Virus record (IMG/VR): IMGVR_UViG_3300020165_000007
Coordinates: 62,001 to 126,000 of that record
Direction: 5' to 3' (one strand)
DNA length: 64,000 bases
Part shown: positions 46,510-55,229 of the stretch, in pieces
Position numbering within the stretch: the first letter of the stretch is position 1
Layout: each line of letters opens with the position of its first letter
The notes under the pieces: model-generated
What the model saw: the letters and a program-made list of their open reading frames with translations, nothing else
Database searches by the model: none
Told to the model about the DNA's origin: nothing
Made by a program: the position numbers and the translations under genes

Positions 46510-48018
46510 ATGTCACTTCATCGTTCATATTTTAGTAAAAATGATACCATATTATATAATTCATACACTAATACGGGTCGGAATCCTGTTGTAGAGTTAT
46601 TTTATGGTAATGTAGATAACATTATATCGCCTGTAGGTTTTACTCGTTTTATATTCGATGTGGATATTGACGATTTACAAAAAAAAGTTTCTTCAGGTGA
46701 AATATCTACTGGGTGTAGTTATAATCTTACCCATAAATTAAAAATGACTAATACTTCATCTTTTGATGAAGAGTTATTAAACGAAAAATGGTCTAACGGT
46801 AGAAGAAGAGCCACATCTTTTGATTTAGTCCTATTTAGAATACCCAAAACATCAGGTTCAAGTGGAGACCCTCAAACATGGGACGAGGGTGTAGGTACTG
46901 ATTATTATGCAGGTCAAGCAAGAAGCAGTACTAATACAGTTTCAGTACAGAATATAATAGAAACTGATAAATCATACTCAAGCCGACCTGTTAATTGGTT
47001 TCAGAGAAATACAATTAACAACTGGTCGGAAGAAGGTTTATATAGTAACACTAATTCAGTATCAAATACCCCAGGATTAAATTATTCAGGATTAACGATT
47101 ATCGATACTCAACATTTTGAGTTTGGTAATGAAGATATTGAATTTGATATGACTAATGAGATAAATAATATAATAACAGGTTCCACAACAGGAACTACAG
47201 GGTGGGGAATCGCATTCGTACCTGATGTTGAAAATATATCGGGTCTTACAGAAAATTACTCCGTTGGGTTTTTCTCTCGTCATACTCAAACTTTTTACGA
47301 ACCGTTCTTAGAAACTTCATATAGTGATTTAATCCAAGACGATAGAAATACCTTCTACGAAAAAAGAAATAATAGGTTATATTTATACTCATTTAAATAC
47401 GGCAACCCTCAAAGTTTCGACTCAAATCCAACAGTAGACATCTTAGACTCGACAGGGTCCGTTGTAAGTGGTTTTAATGGACTGACAACGTGTCAAATAT
47501 CTAAAGGGGTGTACGAGGTTAACGTTAGTGGTTTAACGTCCTCTTCGGTCCCCTGTGTCTTTTATGATACATGGAAAGGTATATCCGTTAATGGGGTAGC
47601 ATTAAATAATGTAGAAAATCAATTTGTTTTACATTCATTATCTGATTTATATCAAATAGGGATGGAAGATAATGAACCTAAGATATATGGATTTGATTTT
47701 TACGGGATTAAACAAGATGAAAAAATACTAAACACAGATATTAGAAAAGTTAATGTAGTGTTGAAAAAGGCATATACCACAAAAGAGGTATTAACACACG
47801 TTGACGCTTACTATAGAATATACGTAAGAGAAGGGATGACCGAGGTACAAGTTCAAGATTGGACCTCTATTAATAGAACATCTAGCGGATATTATTTCAT
47901 ATTCGATACCAAAGATAAGATACCTAATGAATATTTCATAGACATAAAAGTTATTACTGACAGAGAGGTTAATACCTATAAACGAGAATTACAATTTCAA
48001 ATAGTTAACAAAAAATGA
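46510..48018 (+). CDS. Putative virion structural protein (beta-rich, Ig-like C-terminal domains)
   Basis: 502 aa, late motif, follows the spike gene. Confidence 0.6.
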   Translation: MSLHRSYFSKNDTILYNSYTNTGRNPVVELFYGNVDNIISPVGFTRFIFDVDIDDLQKKVSSGEISTGCSYNLTHKLKMTNTSSFDEELLNEKWSNGRRRATSFDLVLFRIPKTSGSSGDPQTWDEGVGTDYYAGQARSSTNTVSVQNIIETDKSYSSRPVNWFQRNTINNWSEEGLYSNTNSVSNTPGLNYSGLTIIDTQHFEFGNEDIEFDMTNEINNIITGSTTGTTGWGIAFVPDVENISGLTENYSVGFFSRHTQTFYEPFLETSYSDLIQDDRNTFYEKRNNRLYLYSFKYGNPQSFDSNPTVDILDSTGSVVSGFNGLTTCQISKGVYEVNVSGLTSSSVPCVFYDTWKGISVNGVALNNVENQFVLHSLSDLYQIGMEDNEPKIYGFDFYGIKQDEKILNTDIRKVNVVLKKAYTTKEVLTHVDAYYRIYVREGMTEVQVQDWTSINRTSSGYYFIFDTKDKIPNEYFIDIKVITDREVNTYKRELQFQIVNKK

Positions 48019-48269
48019 AAATTATTAAATTAACAGAAGGAGATTTAGTTGAAATGATACAACAAGTTATTTCCGAAAAAAAGAAAAAATCTAAAAAGAA
48101 GAAGTCTAAAAAGAAAGATACGACTTTATGCTCTCGCGGTATTAACGCAGCAAAATCCAAGTATGAGGTTTACCCCTCAGCATATGCTAATGGCTATGCC
48201 GTACAAGTATGTAAAGGAACTATGCCTGGATTAGACGGTAAGAAAAAATGTTCAGGAAATTATTGTTAG
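48015..48269 (+). CDS. Small basic Cys-containing protein (YPSAYANG family) with LTE leader
   Basis: MKIIKLTEGDLVEMIQQVISE leader, poly-Lys, CSRG...YPSAYANGYAVQVCKG...KCSGNYC. Confidence 0.75.
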   Translation: MKIIKLTEGDLVEMIQQVISEKKKKSKKKKSKKKDTTLCSRGINAAKSKYEVYPSAYANGYAVQVCKGTMPGLDGKKKCSGNYC

Positions 48270-48292
48270 TGTATAAATAAAACTTATATTTG
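48262..48292 (+). promoter_or_regulatory. Bacteroidota housekeeping promoter TTG-N19-TATATTTG
   Basis: attg at 48262-48265, TATATTTG at 48285-48292, ATG at 48309. Confidence 0.7.
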
Positions 48293-48308
48293 TAAAAACA
48301 TTTTGAAA

Positions 48309-48482
48309 ATGAATCGTGTTAACTACAGAACTTATCAACTATTAAAAGAAGACAAATTAATCTTAGAAACTGAAGCGGCCACCTTTGATAGGGCTGTTGA
48401 TTACTTTTGTGATATACATCCTAACGCATACATGGATAAGTCTTATACTTTTAAAGTCGCCCCCATTAAGTACGGGTATTAA
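48309..48482 (+). CDS. 57-aa hypothetical protein (not in ORF track)
   Basis: MNRVNYRTYQLLKEDKLILETEAATFDRAVDYFCDIHPNAYMDKSYTFKVAPIKYGY*, directly behind a consensus host promoter. Confidence 0.6.
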   Translation: MNRVNYRTYQLLKEDKLILETEAATFDRAVDYFCDIHPNAYMDKSYTFKVAPIKYGY

Positions 48483-48748
48483 TATTCCTCTATAAGGATT
48501 TTAAGGTCCATACTCCCCTTAATAACTCTGTGGAAGGTCTCCTTAGGTATTTCAAATTTAACACCCTTTTTAAGGGGTGTAGGTAACTCGTTGTCCATTT
48601 GAAAGTACCAGTCCGTATCCTCTAATACTTCCACTATCCGATTTTCTTTATCTCTATGCCAAACGAGCTCTTTCTCAGAGACATCTGAAGAAAAAACTCG
48701 TTTGAATTTATTATCTGTAACGTTTTCTTGGGTGTATACCATTACCAA
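48479..48748 (-). CDS. Small cupin-like conserved phage protein (WHRD family)
   Basis: ELVWHRD...WYFQMDNELP...IPKETFHRVIKG beta-barrel pattern. Confidence 0.65.
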   Translation of the reverse strand: MVMVYTQENVTDNKFKRVFSSDVSEKELVWHRDKENRIVEVLEDTDWYFQMDNELPTPLKKGVKFEIPKETFHRVIKGSMDLKILIEEY

Positions 48749-49656
48749 AATCTACCTGATACATTCTTACCAAAATCTTTATGGGCTCTACACGCCCAAT
48801 ATCCGGCCTTTGTTTTATCTTTTTTCTTTTCACATCTGTGTCTAGCGGCAAATGATTTTCTCGCTGCAGGGTCATTCCATTTAGCTGTCATTACAGGAGA
48901 ACCATAACTTACCTTTTTTACGTTACCTGATTTAGGATTTCTTACGTAAACATACCATTTTTTTGAACCTCCAGACTTAGGTTTATTTAAACTTACTTTC
49001 TTACCTTTATATTCAGCTTCATTTAAATTTACATATTCAAAAGGGAAATCTAAAGCTACGGTATCCCCATTAATTAATTTAACAAAAGTACCAACCTCAG
49101 ACTCTAAAATCTCAGTGTCAAAATCATTAAAACGATATCCATTACCATGTAATTGCCTAGCCTCATTTACAATCTCAAAATACTTTTCACTACCATGTCT
49201 AAAAATATTATCGGTTATTGATAAGTTATTATCGATGTGATATTTCATTTCTTCTGAAATAATATTTTTTTCTATTATTTTTTTATTAATAGATTCTTTT
49301 ATTATTTTTTTAAGATACATAGATTCGTTTTTTGATTTTTTATTTTTATGATTTTTAATTTTAATTCTTGTTGGTTTTTGTCCTTTACCTGATTGTGGGT
49401 CTTTCTTTTCTTTTTCTCTTTTTCTTCTGCAAGCCGAGTCTTTTGCAGATTGTGACATTTTACCTGCGACACCCGCAGCTCTACATACGGGATATCCCCC
49501 TTTATCAGAATCTTTTCTACCGCAAGATGGGTGACCACCCCCCTTCTTTTTTTTGCAGATGTTAACCCATGGTCCCTTTGGTTGTTTGGACCCCTTCTTT
49601 TTTTTCTTTTTTCCGAACCATACGGCCAAGTCTTCAGATAAAATATATGTATCCAT
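48742..49656 (-). CDS. Basic multi-module Cys/His protein, candidate internal head protein
   Basis: Module 1 EDLAVWF...GPWVNIC...CGR...YPVCR; linker with IIKES/IISEE; module 2 EAEYKGKKV...YVYV...SFAARHRC...AGYWACR. Confidence 0.75.
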   Translation of the reverse strand: MDTYILSEDLAVWFGKKKKKKGSKQPKGPWVNICKKKKGGGHPSCGRKDSDKGGYPVCRAAGVAGKMSQSAKDSACRRKREKEKKDPQSGKGQKPTRIKIKNHKNKKSKNESMYLKKIIKESINKKIIEKNIISEEMKYHIDNNLSITDNIFRHGSEKYFEIVNEARQLHGNGYRFNDFDTEILESEVGTFVKLINGDTVALDFPFEYVNLNEAEYKGKKVSLNKPKSGGSKKWYVYVRNPKSGNVKKVSYGSPVMTAKWNDPAARKSFAARHRCEKKKDKTKAGYWACRAHKDFGKNVSGRFW

Positions 49657-49677
49657 ATTTACTTTATTAAGTTTTTT

Positions 49678-49686
49678 AATAAATAT
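49678..49686 (-). promoter_or_regulatory. Putative late promoter ATATTTATT
   Basis: Upstream of ATG 49656. Confidence 0.45.
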
Positions 49687-49705
49687 TAGTAAAAAAGGAA
49701 TTAGT

Positions 49706-49966
49706 ATGGAAAATGAAAATCAAAATGTAAATACTCTATTTAACGCTATTAATTACAGAGAACCTCACGAGTTAAATAAATTTATAGACGAAATGAATTT
49801 AGACCAAGCATTATTTTGTTTAGTACATGCCGCTAGATACGCACATAATAAAGGTATATACGGTATAGAGGAGTCTGAAGTAGTATCAAAAGCAATTAGA
49901 GCGTTAACTACTCCACAACCTTTATCAGAGGACGAAAAAAATGACGAAGAACCAACTGTCGAGTAA
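49706..49966 (+). CDS. Hypothetical protein (start revised from 49553 to ATG 49706)
   Basis: MENENQNVNTLFNAINY...; the longer call overlaps the divergent gene antisense. Confidence 0.7.
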   Translation: MENENQNVNTLFNAINYREPHELNKFIDEMNLDQALFCLVHAARYAHNKGIYGIEESEVVSKAIRALTTPQPLSEDEKNDEEPTVE

Positions 49967-50144
49967 AATCATAGAACTGCAATCAGAGATTACAACTGCA
50001 ATTTTAAAAGGTCATAAATCTAATGATGATGATATTTTTAATTCACATAGAATAGAGTTAATGATATTACGTTGTATGTTATATGGTGAAGATTCTAAAA
50101 TTTGTAAAACAGAAAAGTCTAATTGTAGAAGTTGTAAAAAATAA
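49941..50144 (+). CDS. Hypothetical protein
   Basis: 67-aa ORF ending at the terminator. Confidence 0.5.
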   Translation: MTKNQLSSKIIELQSEITTAILKGHKSNDDDIFNSHRIELMILRCMLYGEDSKICKTEKSNCRSCKK

Positions 50145-50172
50145 AAAAGGGAACCTAATTGGTTCCCTTTTT
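50143..50172. terminator. Bidirectional intrinsic terminator downstream of MCP
   Basis: AAAAAAGGGAACC-TAATT-GGTTCCCTTTTT between convergent genes. Confidence 0.88.
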
Positions 50173-50194
50173 CTTTTTACTATTAAGATATATA

Positions 50195-51991
50195 TTATCT
50201 TAATTCTTTTAAGTCAAATGTTCTAACACCATCAACTGTAATCTTACCGTAGAAACGGTTGTTCACCATCTTCTTAGCGTATCTAGTCATGATACCCTTA
50301 ATTGGTGTAAAGTTGAATGGGTTATACATTGTAGGTGTTAACTGAAGCGGTACATACGGTGCATATACATATCCAGTATCAAGTAATGATGAACCTTTGT
50401 GTCCCAACAATACTGTGTTTGGTGGGAAGTAAGGGTCACGGTAAACTTGATATCTACCTGACAATGTTCCAACTCTTTCAATACCCATGTTATACTGGTC
50501 CTGGTCAGGAGCCGCGTTTGAAACGTGGAAGTACTCAAGGTCGTCAAAAATAGCAGAAATTTCAGAAGAAACAACAACCCAATTTGCACCACCTCTTAAA
50601 GTTGACTTATGGATTTGAGCTGAAATCTGATTGATTGCTGTAATCAATGTTTGATTCCAATCCTTTTGGTTATAGTTTACAGAACCGTTAGAAATTCTTC
50701 TCCAACCGTTGTAATCCCATCTTAAGCTCCACGCCGCACCTTTTCTTAAGTCTCTTAAGATTTCACGGTCAATCTCAGCTGCAACTTGCTCTGACAACAG
50801 TGCTGTCAATTCAGCTTCAGCATCAATATTATGGAATGCAGATACGTCTTGTGCGAGTTCTGGTGACCATTGTGCTCTTAACTTTCTTTCTGTAACAGAA
50901 ACAGTAACAGCGTCAAGGTCGAATGAAACCTCACCAATCTTATCTTCAAACTCAAGACTTTCATAAACTCTGTGATAAGACTCAAAAGTATCTCCTGATG
51001 CGATAGTAGTTCCGGTATAACCATCGATTGAACAGTTTGGACATCCTACAACAGGTGTTGAGAAGTCTAACTCTAAATAGATTTTACCTGTGACATCACA
51101 GATATCTTCGTATCTTCCACCAGGACCAGGATGAGAACCTGAATAGAAAGTAGTTTTTTGCTCACTACCATACTGTACAATACCTTTACCGTACTTTTGA
51201 GTAACTACTCTAAAGTTATAATACACATCGGGTGCAGCACTTTCATAAGTTTCTAATGAAGCTAAGAAATCTTCAGTATCCATTTCATTTCCATCGGGTC
51301 CGATTAATTTACCAGCTCCTGATGAACTAAATCCTGATAACATAAAGATTAATGACCTAACGTTACCATCTGCCGCTGGGTTACCAGGGCTACCTGCCGC
51401 AGCACCTAAAGCTAATCCCAAAGTAGTACCAACTAATTCACCGTTAGACCATACTGCAGGTACTAAGGTATTAGTTTGAGCACTCCACTGACCTTTTGAA
51501 TAATCAAATAATCCTGCGGGGTCAGAGTTTGGTGTACTTCCTTCATAAAATCTGTCATAAAGGTTAGTTCCTGAATCGTATCCAGCCGATGGGTCTGACT
51601 CGTTATTACCAGGTGCTCCGAATGGTTGTCTGTGTGAACCAGCTCCTTGAGCACCTTCTTGGATTTTTGGTACAAAGTAAAATAACTTACCGATAGGTAA
51701 ATTCATCGCTTGAACAGAAACGATATCGTTAGCCAATAACTTAGAGAATACTCTTCTGATGATTGGAAAAACAACAGTTTCAAATGAACCTGAACTGTCT
51801 GAAGATGATGCTTCGTTTATCAAATGTGACGCTTGGTTTTCATACAATTGCGCCATGTTTTCTTTAATGTGTCCTTTAAGACCGTCGAGGAACCCTAATT
51901 TGTCCCACTTATTGATTGTGTCCTCCTTGATAACTTTTAAGTGCTTAAGACCAATGTTACCAACTAGACCTGATTCTAATAATGCTCCCAT
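50195..51991 (-). CDS. Major capsid protein (T4 gp23-like)
   Basis: IIRRVFSKLLANDIVSVQAMNLPIGKLFY, RKLRAQWSPELAQD..AFHNIDAEAELTALLSEQVAAEIDREI, YAPYVPL, PIKGIMTRY. Confidence 0.96.
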   Translation of the reverse strand: MGALLESGLVGNIGLKHLKVIKEDTINKWDKLGFLDGLKGHIKENMAQLYENQASHLINEASSSDSSGSFETVVFPIIRRVFSKLLANDIVSVQAMNLPIGKLFYFVPKIQEGAQGAGSHRQPFGAPGNNESDPSAGYDSGTNLYDRFYEGSTPNSDPAGLFDYSKGQWSAQTNTLVPAVWSNGELVGTTLGLALGAAAGSPGNPAADGNVRSLIFMLSGFSSSGAGKLIGPDGNEMDTEDFLASLETYESAAPDVYYNFRVVTQKYGKGIVQYGSEQKTTFYSGSHPGPGGRYEDICDVTGKIYLELDFSTPVVGCPNCSIDGYTGTTIASGDTFESYHRVYESLEFEDKIGEVSFDLDAVTVSVTERKLRAQWSPELAQDVSAFHNIDAEAELTALLSEQVAAEIDREILRDLRKGAAWSLRWDYNGWRRISNGSVNYNQKDWNQTLITAINQISAQIHKSTLRGGANWVVVSSEISAIFDDLEYFHVSNAAPDQDQYNMGIERVGTLSGRYQVYRDPYFPPNTVLLGHKGSSLLDTGYVYAPYVPLQLTPTMYNPFNFTPIKGIMTRYAKKMVNNRFYGKITVDGVRTFDLKELR

Positions 51992-52023
51992 TTTAATATT
52001 TTTTTTTGGAATTTTTATTTTTA

Positions 52024-53568
52024 TTATAATTTACCCATTAAATCTTTCATTCTTAAGAACTGTGGATTTTCATAGGTTTTGCTCTCGATTAAGTTATTCG
52101 CAGAACCATTAGATGGTGATTTTTGAACTTTAGATTGTACTGATTCAGTAACAACCGACTGTGCTTTTCCACCTAAGTCTTCTTTGAGTGACTTATAAAG
52201 AGACTTTGACTCTTTAATAGTTTCGACACCATCGAAACGTCTTAGTATATTTATTTTTTCTTTCTTTGTCGTAGTGTGTTCAGTGAACAAACGAGTAGCG
52301 TAAGCTAAGTTAGAATTGAAAACTGCAACCTCGTTAAGTTTTTCTTTAAAGATGTTAAGTGCCTTACGGTACTCTTCATTCTTTTCTCTTAACTGTGTAA
52401 TTTCTTTATTAACTGACTCGTTTCTTTGTGCGGGTCTCTTAAGAGATTTAGGAAAGTTAGCAGGTTTTTTATTAGTCATTCTACCGTTAACATTAGAACG
52501 AGCTGAACCTTCGTTAGCTTCGTAATCTCTGTGGGACCTAGACTCATCGCCTTTGTTTCCACCATACTTACCTTCGTTAGCTTCGTAATCTCTGTGGGAC
52601 CTAGACTCATCGCCTTTGTTTCCACCATACTTACCTTCGTTAGCTTCGTAATCTCTGTGGGACCTAGACTCATCGCCTTTGTTTCCACCATACTTACCTT
52701 CGTTAGCTTCGTAATCTCTGTGGGACCTAGACTCATCGCCTTTGTTTCCACCATACTTACCTTCGTTAGCTTCGTAATCTCTGTGGGACCTAGACTCATC
52801 GCCTTTGTTTCCACCATACTTACCTTCGTAATTTTCCTCTTTGTGATGTTCTTCAGAATCATAGTGTGCGTCTTTTTTCAACTTCTCAATTTGTGAGTAG
52901 TCGTCCTCAGCCGAGTCACCATAATAGTTTCCGTCATCTTCTCCGATTTCTAATTCGACATCTTCTTCACCAATCTCAATTTCATACACGACTTCCTCCT
53001 CTTCCATTTCTGCAAGAGCTTCTTCTTTATCTTCAGATTCTAAACGAATCTCATATTCTACATCTGCTTCATCATCTTTTAAATTAATACCCTCTTCGTC
53101 TTGTGTGACAATGACACCGTCATCTTCACCCATAGCCTTAAAGACCTTTAAAATTTCGTCATCGGAAGCACCTGTTAAATCAAGTGGTAATAGAACTTCT
53201 TCTTCATCATCGACTTCTAAATCATCACCAGGTAAATCAGTCATTAACATTTCCTCATCACCTAAGTCTAACTCTTCGTCGTTATCAGAGTCCATTTCAA
53301 TATCTCCAAGAACTAAATCTTCAAGACCTTCAATATCATCCTCTCCATCATCATCCACATCAATGTCTAAATCAAGAACTTCTTCTTGTTCTGACATTTC
53401 TGTTTCAGAATTTTTAACCTCTTCTTCTTCGAGAGATTCTTTTACTAATTCACTGATTTCTTCCTTCATAGTAGAAGCAAGTATTCCTTTTGCATTTTCT
53501 GTAATGGCTTCTTGTAGATTTTCCATCTGCAATAAAGCTTCCTCAACTAGTGTTTTTTTGTCTGCCAT
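52024..53568 (-). CDS. Prohead core / scaffolding protein (gp22-like); start revised to ATG 53568 (MADKK)
   Basis: Between protease and MCP; highly acidic N-half, coiled-coil C-terminus (LNEVAVFNSNLAYATRLF...KESKSLY); late motif lies at 53606-53614, inside the longer ORF call. Confidence 0.85.
   Translation of the reverse strand: MADKKTLVEEALLQMENLQEAITENAKGILASTMKEEISELVKESLEEEEVKNSETEMSEQEEVLDLDIDVDDDGEDDIEGLEDLVLGDIEMDSDNDEELDLGDEEMLMTDLPGDDLEVDDEEEVLLPLDLTGASDDEILKVFKAMGEDDGVIVTQDEEGINLKDDEADVEYEIRLESEDKEEALAEMEEEEVVYEIEIGEEDVELEIGEDDGNYYGDSAEDDYSQIEKLKKDAHYDSEEHHKEENYEGKYGGNKGDESRSHRDYEANEGKYGGNKGDESRSHRDYEANEGKYGGNKGDESRSHRDYEANEGKYGGNKGDESRSHRDYEANEGKYGGNKGDESRSHRDYEANEGSARSNVNGRMTNKKPANFPKSLKRPAQRNESVNKEITQLREKNEEYRKALNIFKEKLNEVAVFNSNLAYATRLFTEHTTTKKEKINILRRFDGVETIKESKSLYKSLKEDLGGKAQSVVTESVQSKVQKSPSNGSANNLIESKTYENPQFLRMKDLMGKL
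52508..52830 (-). repeat. 5 perfect 63-nt tandem repeats encoding EANEGKYGGNKGDESRSHRDY
   Basis: Unit ccttcgttagcttcgtaatctctgtgggacctagactcatcgcctttgtttccaccatactta repeated five times without mismatch. Confidence 0.97.
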
Positions 53569-53605
53569 TTTATTTTTTTTGCAAAAAAGTTTATTATAGT
53601 TTACA

Positions 53606-53614
53606 TATAAATAT
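53606..53614 (-). promoter_or_regulatory. Putative late promoter ATATTTATA for scaffold-MCP operon
   Basis: Lies downstream of a terminator and upstream of the scaffold ATG. Confidence 0.65.
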
Positions 53615-53653
53615 GCCAATTACTAAAAAAGTGTAATTTTAATAACTAATAGC

Positions 53654-53684
53654 AAAAAAAAATCGGGATTTTAGTCCCGATTTT
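53654..53684 (-). terminator. Intrinsic terminator
   Basis: Minus strand AAAATCGGGAC-TAAA-ATCCCGATTTTTTTTT. Confidence 0.85.
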
Positions 53685-53712
53685 AATTTTTAAAATATTA
53701 TGTTAAAGTATA

Positions 53713-53922
53713 TTATTCGTATACCTCATCAATTTTACTCTCTACACACGCTGTAATTCTCCAGTCATAAACAAAATCTTTAAAATGTTTAGTGACCTTA
53801 GCCTCAACATCAGTTACATTATAACCTTTAACTAATTTTTCTTCTCTGATTTTTTTTACCTTACCTGAATTTTCATCAGGAAGGTCATACTGTACTTTAG
53901 CAACAAAATATTTTTCGTCCAT
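53713..53922 (-). CDS. Small hypothetical protein (DUF4494-like)
   Basis: YFVAKVQYD...KVKKIREEKLV.GYNVTDVEAKV resembles the Bacteroidota DUF4494 pattern. Confidence 0.6.
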   Translation of the reverse strand: MDEKYFVAKVQYDLPDENSGKVKKIREEKLVKGYNVTDVEAKVTKHFKDFVYDWRITACVESKIDEVYE

Positions 53923-53942
53923 TTTTATTTTTTTAATAATGT

Positions 53943-54665
53943 TTAATAACCTAAATAATCGGATAACTTTTTCATTAAGTCAACACTTTTACCTAAACTA
54001 CCATCTATATTCTGTTCAGTAGCTCTATTCTGTGTCTCCTCTTCAATATTTTCTTCATACTTACCTTTATCGTCTTTATTTAAAAATAAATAAGCTCCGG
54101 GTGTTGAAGGTGACGAGACCAAATCAAAACATATTAATTCAAAATCCTCTTGAACTTCATTTCTTTCTCCTTTCTTTACTAGTGAACCTACTCCACGAGA
54201 AGATACTCCCATAGTAACCCCTTGTCTCATTAAGTTGGCCGCTTGGTCTCCGGGACAAGATACGACACCTCTTTCATGAAATCCTGGTGAGGTTAGTAAT
54301 TTAATCTTACCCATAAGAGTGTTACCTTCCCACCACACATCTGTTATAAGATGAGAAACACGGTCTAAATCAATTAAAGACGATTCAGGGTGATTAAGTT
54401 CAGATATTGATAATCCCTTTTCAATTGCCTTTTTATAATTATCGGCTTCACGTCTTAATATTTTTTCAGGATATACTCTACCATTTCTATTTGGTGTATC
54501 AAATTTCTGTAAAGTCGCATAAAACTCAAAGGGTTTAGAGTGTTCTAGTTGTCCGTAAGATTCTTTAATTACTTTAGAGTTCCTACCATCCTTAGGGTTT
54601 ATTGACCCAGCATCCCACTCAACTAAAATACCTTTACCTGTATCGTTTGGTCCTAATATTTTCAT
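53943..54665 (-). CDS. Prohead maturation protease (T4 gp21-like)
   Basis: NRNGRVYP, SELNHP, GVSSRGVGS, FDLVSSPSTPGA. Confidence 0.93.
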   Translation of the reverse strand: MKILGPNDTGKGILVEWDAGSINPKDGRNSKVIKESYGQLEHSKPFEFYATLQKFDTPNRNGRVYPEKILRREADNYKKAIEKGLSISELNHPESSLIDLDRVSHLITDVWWEGNTLMGKIKLLTSPGFHERGVVSCPGDQAANLMRQGVTMGVSSRGVGSLVKKGERNEVQEDFELICFDLVSSPSTPGAYLFLNKDDKGKYEENIEEETQNRATEQNIDGSLGKSVDLMKKLSDYLGY

Positions 54666-54676
54666 ACTTTTTTTAT

Positions 54677-54685
54677 TATAAATAT
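54677..54685 (-). promoter_or_regulatory. Putative late promoter ATATTTATA
   Basis: 11 nt upstream of protease ATG 54665. Confidence 0.6.
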
Positions 54686-54686
54686 G

Positions 54687-55130
54687 TTAGACCAACTCTT
54701 TTGTCGATTTACTCTTATGTACTTTGAAATAATTTATCCCTTTTATGTTGTCTTTGTATACCGCTCTAAGTATATCTTTTATTTTTTCCCTCAAGATTAA
54801 GGATTTAAAATCTGTAGACTCTTTAACAAATAAGGTTATTTCTAAGTTCATAAAACTTCTTTTACCTTTTTGAATTCCACTACTTCTTAAGTCTAAATCC
54901 ACTATATTAAATTTCTCAAATACTAAAGGGTCACAAATCTCATGTAATGTCTGTTTTATAGTTTTTTCTAAATAACTTGTCGCTCTATCCCAGTTATCAA
55001 ATTCTTTTATGGGTTCTACCCATGTCTGTAATACAATATACAGTGATTTTAAATTTTTTGCATCTACCGTCCCATAATAACATTTTATATCGCTAAATAA
55101 TTTTAGCTGTGATGTTTTTCCTTTTTTCAT
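54687..55130 (-). CDS. Hypothetical protein
   Basis: 147-aa ORF with its own host-type promoter. Confidence 0.7.
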   Translation of the reverse strand: MKKGKTSQLKLFSDIKCYYGTVDAKNLKSLYIVLQTWVEPIKEFDNWDRATSYLEKTIKQTLHEICDPLVFEKFNIVDLDLRSSGIQKGKRSFMNLEITLFVKESTDFKSLILREKIKDILRAVYKDNIKGINYFKVHKSKSTKELV

Positions 55131-55166
55131 ATTTTAGCATAACTTTAAAAGTTTATTTATTTAAAT

Positions 55167-55198
55167 AAAATATAGTTTAATAATGGTAATATGTCAAA
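55167..55198 (-). promoter_or_regulatory. Bacteroidota-type promoter TTTG-N20-TATATTTT
   Basis: Minus strand tttgACATATTACCATTATTAAACtatatttt upstream of ATG 55130. Confidence 0.6.
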
Positions 55199-55203
55199 AA
55201 CAT

Positions 55204-55212
55204 ATATTTATA
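55204..55212 (+). promoter_or_regulatory. Putative late promoter ATATTTATA for bS21
   Basis: 17 nt upstream of rpsU ATG. Confidence 0.6.
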
Positions 55213-55229
55213 TTACATAAAACCGTATA

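Noticed and set aside
48271-48278. TATAAATA read as a T4-style late promoter
   Set aside because: It lies in the spacer of a consensus host promoter; elsewhere the motif is consistently in the opposite (TATTTATA-sense) orientation relative to genes.
49553-49705. N-terminal extension of the 137-aa ORF
   Set aside because: Antisense to the poly-Lys region of the divergent gene (gives poly-Phe); ATG 49706 is the plausible start.
52508-52830. Possible CRISPR array
   Set aside because: Units are contiguous with no unique spacers, are in frame within a CDS, and no cas genes are present. The same applies to the 18-, 66- and 12-nt repeats.
52476-52896. Repetitive ORFs in alternative frames (52476-52862 minus, 52531-52896 plus)
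   Set aside because: By-products of the 63-nt repeat, which happens to be stop-free in three frames; the scaffold frame is continuous with conserved flanks.
53569-53619. N-terminal extension of scaffold (MAYLYVNY...) as given in the ORF track
   Set aside because: Overlaps the late promoter motif; MADKK at 53568 has the typical A-rich leader.
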